DNA of 54,850 bases from Nanobdellota archaeon (GCA_021802105.1 JAKAAW010000003.1:1-54850), one strand, 5' to 3'. Positions 27,976-35,575 are shown, counted from the stretch's first letter. Translations and numbers: made by a program. Notes: a model not told the origin generated them from the sequence alone.

Positions 27976-29154
27976 TCAAGGCGCCTGATAATTGCTAGTG
28001 TACACTATGTTCGCCTGGAGCCCATTATTTCCATTGCCACTGTAATCTTCTGCCGTGCCATTCAAAGGCCACCATCCAAATAAAGTGTTTGATACCTGCT
28101 TTGACATTAAGCCACTGTTGTATATAGAAATTATTTGTGTATGATTTAGCGCGCTTTTGTAAACTTGAATCCCTGACATCATGACATCCGTAACGTGACC
28201 TCCGTCGGGAGCTCCTATAAAAACACTGTCCGAGCCGGCACTTGTACCGGAATATCCACCTCCTGCACTTTCAGCATTGTTGAAATAAAGAGAAGCTGTC
28301 GTATCAGAGGCGTTATATACCCCCACAACAAGATACCAAGAGGTCATGCTTGGTGTAAATGAGTTAGGCTGTGCGCCACCATGGACAAATTCTAAGGGCC
28401 ACGGGCCGGATGTAGTGTAGCCTCCGTTAAAACGCAGATCTCCGCAATGGTAGCCGCACGCAGATGAGTTGCCTAAGGATATCGGATCGAACTGAGGATT
28501 CTGTGTGTCATAAGTTTCTTTTCCTACATTTACCCATGCAACCAGAGAAACGCTGCTTGAGTTGGGAAAATTAAGATTGGATTTTATAATACTTATTATG
28601 GAACTTGTTGTAAAAAATGCTACATACAAAGGTTGAACTGTCAAAGATACTCTACCTGAAACTGTTCCGCTTGACAAGTAAGGGCCTGAAAACGTCTGTC
28701 CGGGTTCTGTGTAGTTAACGCTGACAGATACTGAAAATTTTGAGCCTGCTCTAGGGCATATATTTGACAGGGAGAAGGTGTAAGTCCCGCCTGGCACTAT
28801 CTCCGGATTGGGATCAACCGTTGAGTTTCCAGAGAAAGAAACCGTGTTGCTGTTCCCTGTTGCGGTTATCTTAGTTATGTTTATCGTATTCCCTATATTG
28901 TTACCGAGTTGGATCCTGAGGACCCCATTTGAATAACACTGAGCTGTCACACTACCTAAGTTTGAGAAGCCGGTTATAGTCGCCGATATGCTTGACGATG
29001 GGGAGAATATCCCAAAAGAGTATAATACTGCCGCAACTATGACTATGATAAGGATGGCCCAGCCATAGGTCATCATGTACTCCAATGCAGACTGTGATCT
29101 TTTGTGGATCAGTAGCTCCTTCCGTCTGCCGTTTGTATGTATGTGCAAGGGCAT
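27976..29154 (-). CDS. Class III signal-peptide (pilin-like) surface protein with a C-terminal LamG/concanavalin-like domain
   Basis: 392 aa. The N-terminus is MPLHIHTNGRRKELLIHKRS-QSALEYMMTYGWAILIIVIVAAVLYSFG. A Ser/Thr/Asn-rich middle has several NxS/T sites. The C-terminal LamG-type signatures are SWYLVVGVY...LYFNN...VFIGA...IQVYKSALNHTQIISIYNSG and WWPLNGTAEDYSGNGNNG. Confidence 0.75.
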   Translation of the reverse strand: MPLHIHTNGRRKELLIHKRSQSALEYMMTYGWAILIIVIVAAVLYSFGIFSPSSSISATITGFSNLGSVTAQCYSNGVLRIQLGNNIGNTINITKITATGNSNTVSFSGNSTVDPNPEIVPGGTYTFSLSNICPRAGSKFSVSVSVNYTEPGQTFSGPYLSSGTVSGRVSLTVQPLYVAFFTTSSIISIIKSNLNFPNSSSVSLVAWVNVGKETYDTQNPQFDPISLGNSSACGYHCGDLRFNGGYTTSGPWPLEFVHGGAQPNSFTPSMTSWYLVVGVYNASDTTASLYFNNAESAGGGYSGTSAGSDSVFIGAPDGGHVTDVMMSGIQVYKSALNHTQIISIYNSGLMSKQVSNTLFGWWPLNGTAEDYSGNGNNGLQANIVYTSNYQAP

Positions 29155-29179
29155 ATAATTGGTATTTGGCTTTAGATGG

Positions 29180-29186
29180 ATTTAAA
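29180..29186 (-). promoter_or_regulatory. TATA-like box TTTAAAT, 25 nt upstream of ATG(29154)
   Basis: The element is conserved in all cassette copies. The spacing implies a leaderless mRNA. Confidence 0.5.
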
Positions 29187-29231
29187 CTTTGTCTTACGGC
29201 TTCCTGTTTGAGGGGACTCAAGCTTGCAGAT

Positions 29232-29291
29232 TCAAAGTTTGAGGAGCCATTTCCACAGCGGGACAAATCTTATCTTCTTGCCTTTGACTTC
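29232..29291 (-). pseudogene. Orphan 3'-terminal remnant (19 codons plus stop) of a DUF4143 ATPase gene
   Basis: The minus strand encodes EVKGKKIRFVPLWKWLLKL*, compared with the C-terminus KVKGKKIRFIPLWKWLLKL* of the intact ATPase (395..1678). There is no ATPase body upstream. Confidence 0.7.
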
Positions 29292-29475
29292 TTTCAAAAG
29301 TTCCTTCGTCCTCTTCCGACGTCCGGAAAGCCACTCTCCTTTAACTTTTTGGCTTTCCAAGCCATTTTATGTTATTGTTAAGAACGCGGCTTCCTGAAAT
29401 GCTTTTTAGTCCCTATTTTGGGACTGGTTTACTTCTGTGGATAGCTATAAATAGTATTTCGAGTACGATAAAAAT

Positions 29476-29799
29476 ATGAAATATGAGCTTAATGAAGGAT
29501 TAAAGAGATTGTACGACAGCTACGATATAGATTTCGATGCGATAATAGACAGCATAAAAGCAAAGGGATATAATAAAGTCGCAGTACAATTGCCCGATGG
29601 TTTCAAACTGCATTCGCTTGAGATATCAGATTTTATACGTGAGAATTCCGGCGCAGAAGTCTTTATATGGGGTGGTAGCACATATGGTGCCTGTGATGTC
29701 CCATTAGGGTTAGAGAGACTAGGCGTAAAAATGATCATCCAGTTAGGTCACGCTAAATATAGAGCAGACCAGACGCAAAAGCCATTGGAGATAAAATGA
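29476..29799 (+). pseudogene. dph2: N-terminal ~100-aa fragment of diphthamide synthase Dph2
   Basis: IKAKGYNKVAVQLPDGFKLHSLEISDFIRE..GAEVFIWGGSTYGACDV...MIIQLGHA matches the Dph2 domain-1 pattern (..RVxLQxPEGL..., YGACD, HxGHS). The ORF stops after 107 codons, while full-length archaeal Dph2 is about 330 aa. Confidence 0.6.
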
Positions 29800-30452
29800 A
29801 CAGGATTGGCGTTGACGAGGCTGGGCGCGGTCCGGTCATAGGGCCTCTTATAGTCGCCGGCGCCAGCATGGATGAGGAAACTGCTGCTAGATTTAAAGTT
29901 GCTGGTGTTAAAGATTCTAAATTACTTAGCATAAGACGGATATATTTACTAGAAAGACTGATAGTTGAAAACTGCGCTGGCTATAAAATAGAGAAAATAG
30001 ATCCTTCAGACATAGACGAAAGACACAACGACGGCACGAACCTAAACATGATGGAGTTGGATAGAATGTCGATAATAGCCAATTCACTAGTTGGTGACGT
30101 GGTTATAGTTGACTCACCCAGTGTTAATACTAAAAAGATAAAGTCTTACCTAGCTAAAAAGATAGTTGGAAAGGAACTGATAGTCGAAAACTACGCTGAT
30201 AAAAACCATGTGGAAGTATCTGCAGCGTCAATACTGGCAAAAGCGGTTCGTGAAAGAGAGGTGGCCACTATAAAGAGAGAATGGGATTACGACTTCGGAA
30301 GCGGTTACCCGTCAGATCCTAAAACGAGAAACTTCCTTAAGATAATAAAAGCAAACGGGCTTATATTGACTCCAAAATACATGAAATATATACGAAGAAC
30401 ATGGGCGACCTTAAAAAATCTTGATGACAAGAAACTTCAAGACTTCTTCTGA
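29796..30452 (+). CDS. rnhB: Ribonuclease HII
   Basis: IGVDEAGRGPVIGPLIVAG..., DSKLL, and ..ADKNHVEVSAASILAK... Confidence 0.9.
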   Translation: MNRIGVDEAGRGPVIGPLIVAGASMDEETAARFKVAGVKDSKLLSIRRIYLLERLIVENCAGYKIEKIDPSDIDERHNDGTNLNMMELDRMSIIANSLVGDVVIVDSPSVNTKKIKSYLAKKIVGKELIVENYADKNHVEVSAASILAKAVREREVATIKREWDYDFGSGYPSDPKTRNFLKIIKANGLILTPKYMKYIRRTWATLKNLDDKKLQDFF

Positions 30453-30844
30453 AACAGTGCATCTATTATTTCCCCAGGTATTTGGACGGATTTCCATTTA
30501 GTCTTGTCTATAGCCACCTGTACGATATACCCTTCGCAAATAAGGTCATCGTCCCTTTTTATCCTAAAATCGAAGCGAAGCGCTTTCTCCGATAGTTGTG
30601 AAGGTAACAGATTTATCTTCAGCCTATCCCCAGTCCTTGCAGATTTGTAATATTTTGCATTTGATTCTACCACAACAAACCACACTTTATCATTTACCAA
30701 GGGAAAAATCCTGCCTGTTCTTTGATTAGCAAACTGCTCCAGTGCGTCAGTAAAGAACCTATAATAACCAGCATAATGCACCACCCCTTGGGCGTCAGTA
30801 TCGTATATCCTTACAGTCTCTTCGTAAACGAATGCGTCTTCCAT
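30437..30844 (-). CDS. Hotdog-fold acyl-CoA thioesterase (4HBT/YbgC-like)
   Basis: 135 aa with ..VRIYDTDAQGVVHYAGYYRFF... Confidence 0.7.
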   Translation of the reverse strand: MEDAFVYEETVRIYDTDAQGVVHYAGYYRFFTDALEQFANQRTGRIFPLVNDKVWFVVVESNAKYYKSARTGDRLKINLLPSQLSEKALRFDFRIKRDDDLICEGYIVQVAIDKTKWKSVQIPGEIIDALFQKKS

Positions 30845-30872
30845 TAAGTGTATACTATTTTTAATGTGGTGA

Positions 30873-31045
30873 CATCTCTCATGAATGAATTCATGGGCTT
30901 CCGGCCCCCATTGAAAGCCTGGGCTTCATCAGAGCGTATAGTTCCCGCTCCTCTGGATACAGTCTGAATTTGCATGCTGTCAGCATATTGTTATTTTATT
31001 ACTTCTGCTATTTATGTTTTCTATTTTTGAGTCCTCTTTCATCCC
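30873..31045 (-). repeat. Copy 1 of a ~150-170-nt promoter-plus-short-ORF module (partner 36105..36250)
   Basis: 30921..30995 is identical to 36127..36201 (75 nt), with recognisable similarity on both flanks. It has a 26-nt internal duplication at 30901..30926. Confidence 0.9.
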
Positions 31046-31116
31046 ACCTATAAAGATATGGGTTTTCCAAGTAACACCCTATAAAGGGTTAAATTTACTG
31101 GTTTCAAAGAGTAACT

Positions 31117-32298
31117 ATGAAATTCATTCACATAGGGGACACTCATATAGGAGCGGTGTATAAAAACGAGACTAGGAATGAAGACGTTAAAGATTCCTTT
31201 AGACAGGTAGTAGACTCTGCAGTACGTGAGGGAGTTGATTTTATAGTGCACGCAGGGGACCTATTCAATGAAGGGAACCCGTCGCTGGATGCGCTCCTCT
31301 TTGCAACAGATCAGTTAAACAAGTTAAAAACTGCTGGGATAAAGATGTTTATAGTACCTGGATCACATGATGTTGGGATAGGGGAAAAAGACAGTATTTT
31401 AGAGCTTTTCGATCGAAACGGTCTTCTAGTAAACCTGAATTCAAAGAGATACATAAAGAATTCCGAAGAATCTTTCAAATTATATGGAGAAACGTACAAA
31501 AATGCATTCATCTGCGGTGTACAGGGTAAGAGAAGCAGAGTAGAGAATGATATCTTTAAGCGTTTATCTATAGATATAGACTCGGACGCATGGATAAAAA
31601 TATTCATATTCCATCACACTATATCAGCACTCGGAGAGCAGTTCAAAGACCTCGATACTGAGAGTCTACCTAAGGATTTTGACTATTACGCAGCAGGACA
31701 CTGGCACGGACATAAAGACGGTATAAAATATGACAGAGGGATTATACAATACCCGGGGTCTACAGAATATTGCGATGAAAAAGAGATTGTTGATAACCCA
31801 AATAGGGGCTTTTACTTGATAGAGTACGACAATAATGGAATAAGATACATAGAGTACAAGATATTAAAAACTAGGCAAAAAGACATTTTTGAACTGTCAG
31901 CCAGTGGAAGAAGCGCTGACGATATAAATGATGAGATACTCTCAAAACTAACACAAAACGACGGTAAAATATTAGTGGTTAAAATAACTGGAAAGATGCT
32001 TGGAAAAAGAAGTGAGCTGAATATAGCAGGGATAAGACGTGCTGCTAACGCAATCGGTTATTCGTATAGTAGTATCAACACGGCTAAACTTACAGACAAT
32101 GACGATGTGTCTATAGCTACACAAGAAGTAGACCTAACTAGAATAGAAGCTGATTTTTTAAAACAAAGAAATTACAATGCTGAACAGATACAATTAGCCA
32201 AAATTCTTATAGACGCGATGGAGAACGGCATGGACGCACATGGCATAAAAAAGAAAGCAGAAGAGTGGTTTGAAAAATATGATAATAAAAGAAATTGA
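31117..32298 (+). CDS. mre11: Mre11 DNA double-strand-break repair nuclease
   Basis: HIGDTHIG, HAGDLFN, VPGSHD, FHHT and GHWH motifs in order. Confidence 0.85.
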   Translation: MKFIHIGDTHIGAVYKNETRNEDVKDSFRQVVDSAVREGVDFIVHAGDLFNEGNPSLDALLFATDQLNKLKTAGIKMFIVPGSHDVGIGEKDSILELFDRNGLLVNLNSKRYIKNSEESFKLYGETYKNAFICGVQGKRSRVENDIFKRLSIDIDSDAWIKIFIFHHTISALGEQFKDLDTESLPKDFDYYAAGHWHGHKDGIKYDRGIIQYPGSTEYCDEKEIVDNPNRGFYLIEYDNNGIRYIEYKILKTRQKDIFELSASGRSADDINDEILSKLTQNDGKILVVKITGKMLGKRSELNIAGIRRAANAIGYSYSSINTAKLTDNDDVSIATQEVDLTRIEADFLKQRNYNAEQIQLAKILIDAMENGMDAHGIKKKAEEWFEKYDNKRN

Positions 32299-34684
32299 AC
32301 TTAATAACATACGAAGTCATGTACACACTACTATAAACTTTACTGACGGAATAAACATAATAACTGGTAATACTGGCAGCGGTAAATCCTCGATCCTTAT
32401 GGCTTTAGAGTACGCCCTTTTTGGAAAAATAGGGGAGGGCAGAGAAGAGGGAAAAATGCTTCTGCGTAGAGGCGAATCTACCGGATCTATTGCCGTAAAA
32501 TTCGGAGAGAGTGAGTCCGAATATTATATTAAGAGAGGTCTTAAACGCACTGCAGGTGCTGTGAGAAATGATGATTCGGAAAATGAGATAAGAAAAGATG
32601 ACGAGATGGTAAATCTTCAAAATAGGGCTTCAGACCTAAACGATTACATACTCAAGACATTAAAAATAGAATCGGACACTCCATTGAAAACGTTTGAATC
32701 AATCACATACATAAAACAAGATGAACTGAAGGAATTAATATTCGACAGCGGACAGACAAAACAGGAATATATAGATCAGCTACTTCAACTAAACAAATAC
32801 GTAGACACTTATAATGCTCTTAAAGACGTTATATCACTCATAAAAGAGGAAGTTGATGTAAAAAGACTCGAAGAGGCATTGACGGTAGACGAGAACGACC
32901 TCATAAGAATAGAGAGTAGAATTAACGAGCTTAAAACTATAAATGAAGTCGCCAGAAAAGAGTTATCAAATATTGATAACGAGATTAAGAGCAATAAGTC
33001 TGGGCTTGAACAGGCAGAGAGCAAATTAAAGTTCTATAATGAAAAGAAAAGTGAACACACTAGATTATTAGCAGAAAGATACGAAAAGCTATCAAGATTA
33101 GAAAAACTAAAAGAGAGCATAAGCAAATTAGAACGTGAGATAGCAACCAGAAATACGGATATATTAAACATAGACGAAAAAAAAGAAGACACTATTAAAA
33201 AGAGAATAAGAGAGATAGAGATTAAACGGGATGAGAAGACACAAGAAGAGAGATCTGCTTTCAAGTCATTGTATGAGAAGAAGGCACATGAGAAATCAAA
33301 AATAGATAAACTTAAAGACTTGGAGTCAGAGATATCTAGACTAACTTCTGACAGATTAAAACTAGAGACTGAGCTGTCTAAGGTAGAAAAGGACCTGAAA
33401 GATGCTACCGAAACGTTATCCACTGATGAGCTGAACGGTAGAATCAAACAAATCAAAATAGAAATAGAAGGAATAAATAAGGACAAGAATGAAGCAATAA
33501 ATAATAAAGTGTGCCAGATATGCGGTGAGAATATAACAAACACAGCTCACTTAGAGAAAGAATATAATTCAAGACTATCAGAATACAACAGAATAATATC
33601 TGACCTATCAAAAATGATAAACTTGAACAAAATAGGAAAGACAAAAGCAACCTTAGAAAAGGATTTCAGCGTATTTATAGGGAAAAGAGATGACATAATA
33701 AAAAGGCTCGAAGAGAAAATAAAAGAAACCACTGAAGTAAATTTAGAAGAGATTAGAGCCGTTATTGAAACTGACAACAAAATGTATGAAGTGCTTTTAT
33801 CTGAAGAAAAACTTCTTACGAACGAATTAAAGGAACTTAACTTAGAGTTAGATTCTATAAATAAAATAAGAAATGAGCTTAAAGAGTTAGAGATAAACAG
33901 GGCTAGAAAGGACTCATTGGAATCAGAAGCAAAAAAGTTAGATGAGGAATTAGAGATTACACTATCCAAGATCAATTCAATTGATTTTAAACAAGAAGAA
34001 CTCAATGAATCGGAATCTATATACAAAGATATCACTCTACTCATACACAAACTTACATCTGAGTCTTCTAGGCTTAAAGGCAATGTTGAAGCAAGAGAGT
34101 CAGAAATAAGCGAGAATTTACACAAGCTAGATGAAGTAAAAGAAAAACTTAAAAAACGCGATGAGTTAAGAAGAGAGGTAGAAAAGAGGGATAACTTCTT
34201 GACTCTTATAGATAACCTAAGAAAGGACATACGCGATATAAGAGAGTACGTTAGGAATCGTTTCATTAATGATTTCAAGGCCATTTTCCAATCCAGATTC
34301 TCTGAGATAAGAAGTGAGAGCGAATACACTATAGATATCGATAACGACTACAATGTCAAGGTTATCGCAAGCAATGATATATTGGATGCTAAAGCACTAT
34401 CTGGTGGGGAAAAAACGTCAGTAGCACTTGCCTATAGAATGGCTCTCTCATCTATAGCTTCGTTGCTTGGCGGTGTAAACAAGAATGAGTCTCTGCTGAT
34501 GGATGAACCGACTTCCGGTCTTGATAAAGAGGACATAAATGCTCTCTCTAGTTGCATAACCAAAATAACAGACATAAACCAGATAATTATAGTAACACAT
34601 GAAGATACAATGAAGAATATAGCTGATAACATGATAAGTGTCTCTAAAGTGACTGGTGAATCTAAGATATCCTCATCAAAATGA
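32279..34684 (+). CDS. rad50: Rad50 ATPase
   Basis: Walker A GNTGSGKSS, a long E/K-rich coiled coil with a central CxxC hook (CQIC, about 33512..33523), the signature LSGGEKTSVALAYR, and Walker B LLMDEPTSGLD. ATG 32279 (MIIKEIEL) is preferred over the TTG 32270 in the track. Confidence 0.9.
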   Translation: MIIKEIELNNIRSHVHTTINFTDGINIITGNTGSGKSSILMALEYALFGKIGEGREEGKMLLRRGESTGSIAVKFGESESEYYIKRGLKRTAGAVRNDDSENEIRKDDEMVNLQNRASDLNDYILKTLKIESDTPLKTFESITYIKQDELKELIFDSGQTKQEYIDQLLQLNKYVDTYNALKDVISLIKEEVDVKRLEEALTVDENDLIRIESRINELKTINEVARKELSNIDNEIKSNKSGLEQAESKLKFYNEKKSEHTRLLAERYEKLSRLEKLKESISKLEREIATRNTDILNIDEKKEDTIKKRIREIEIKRDEKTQEERSAFKSLYEKKAHEKSKIDKLKDLESEISRLTSDRLKLETELSKVEKDLKDATETLSTDELNGRIKQIKIEIEGINKDKNEAINNKVCQICGENITNTAHLEKEYNSRLSEYNRIISDLSKMINLNKIGKTKATLEKDFSVFIGKRDDIIKRLEEKIKETTEVNLEEIRAVIETDNKMYEVLLSEEKLLTNELKELNLELDSINKIRNELKELEINRARKDSLESEAKKLDEELEITLSKINSIDFKQEELNESESIYKDITLLIHKLTSESSRLKGNVEARESEISENLHKLDEVKEKLKKRDELRREVEKRDNFLTLIDNLRKDIRDIREYVRNRFINDFKAIFQSRFSEIRSESEYTIDIDNDYNVKVIASNDILDAKALSGGEKTSVALAYRMALSSIASLLGGVNKNESLLMDEPTSGLDKEDINALSSCITKITDINQIIIVTHEDTMKNIADNMISVSKVTGESKISSSK

Positions 34685-34790
34685 TACACACAGATAGATT
34701 CTTTCTTCCCAAGATTGCAAGAAGATGTTATGCTGCATCACCATATCAAAAACTATTTCCACACATTTACTAACAAAATTTATAAAAATA

Positions 34791-34892
34791 TGCAGGGAGG
34801 GAGATTTGAACTCCCGAACCCACAAAGGGAACAGATGACCCAAACGCAAATTCTTGAGTCTGTCACGTTTGGCCAGGCTTCGCTATCCCTGC
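34791..34892 (-). tRNA. tRNA-Leu (CAA) with a 16-nt intron at 37/38
   Basis: Minus strand: acceptor GCAGGGA/TCCCTGC, anticodon stem ACAGA/TCTGT enclosing CTCAAG + 16 nt + A, a long variable arm, and T arm GGGAG-TTCAAAT-CTCCC. TTTATAAA lies 23 nt upstream. Confidence 0.85.
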
Positions 34893-34953
34893 ACACTATT
34901 TAGTAGGACCCCACGTTTATAAAATTATGAAGAGAGCTTTATGACTTGTATAA

Positions 34954-35178
34954 TCATTTATTTTTTACGTTACCGCTTATATCTAAGAAAAGCTTTTTCA
35001 CATCGTTGTTCATCTTTGAAAGCATCCCAGTTACATCATCTAATTTTTTCTTATTGGCATCGTGTATTTTTGATATGCGCTCTAAGTACTCTTCAACCTT
35101 AGGAATCTCCCTCTTGAAGTCGTCGTACTTTGCCTTTACAGAAAAAGGCAGACCAACAAAGATGTCATCTCTCTCCAT
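34954..35178 (-). CDS. Small charged, probably coiled-coil protein, function unknown
   Basis: 74 aa with an ATG start and K/E/D-rich helical composition. The overlapping plus-strand ORF is F/S/L-rich and looks like an antisense artefact. Confidence 0.4.
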   Translation of the reverse strand: MERDDIFVGLPFSVKAKYDDFKREIPKVEEYLERISKIHDANKKKLDDVTGMLSKMNNDVKKLFLDISGNVKNK

Positions 35179-35237
35179 TTAAGAAGATTATCCGTTCTAG
35201 CTTAAATATCTTTTTCCTTCCATTTACAAAACATATT

Positions 35238-35351
35238 TGCAGGGGGTGGGATTTGAACCCACGAGGGCGCTAGGCCGCAGGATGTCCTATTCGTGCTATT
35301 ATAACGTAAAGCTTAAGTCCTGCGCGTTGGGCCGGGCTTCGCTACCCCTGC
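35238..35351 (-). tRNA. tRNA-Leu (TAA) with a 28-nt intron at 37/38
   Basis: Minus strand: acceptor GCAGGGG/CCCCTGC, anticodon stem CAGGA/TCCTG enclosing CTTAAG + 28 nt + A, and T arm GTGGG-TTCAAAT-CCCAC. TATATATA lies 25 nt upstream. Confidence 0.85.
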
Positions 35352-35434
35352 ATTAAGGAATCTAAAGCGTTTTAGTTATATATAGCCGAGAGATAGTTGT
35401 CCAATACTACTTTCATTAAACGTTGAGAGAGGGC

Positions 35435-35551
35435 TTATGCACTTCTCTCACGCATCAATCGTCTCCTTCTTTTTCTCTCGAGCATTTTCTTCTTTCTGGT
35501 CTTCCACCTATCTTTGTGATATTTCTTCCAGTTCTTTGAACTTCTTTTCAT
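35435..35551 (-). CDS. rpl41e: Ribosomal protein eL41 (38 aa), below the ORF-track size cutoff
   Basis: The minus strand encodes MKRSSKNWKKYHKDRWKTRKKKMLERKRRRRLMRERSA*. It is extremely basic and matches the length and K/R/W pattern of archaeal L41e. It lies 24 nt downstream of dcd. Confidence 0.7.
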   Translation of the reverse strand: MKRSSKNWKKYHKDRWKTRKKKMLERKRRRRLMRERSA

Positions 35552-35575
35552 ATGTTTACCTTTAACTCTTAGGAT

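Larger units (their letters stand above)
28966..29292 (-). repeat. Copy C of the promoter/leader/signal-peptide cassette (partner 116..455)
   Basis: See copy A. This copy includes the intact leader and an orphan ATPase 3' remnant. Confidence 0.9.

Noticed and set aside
32405-34689. Long minus-strand ORFs inside rad50 (for example 33034..33543 and 33547..34329)
   Set aside because: They have S/L/F-rich low-complexity translations that mirror the E/K-rich coiled-coil codons of rad50. They are antisense artefacts.
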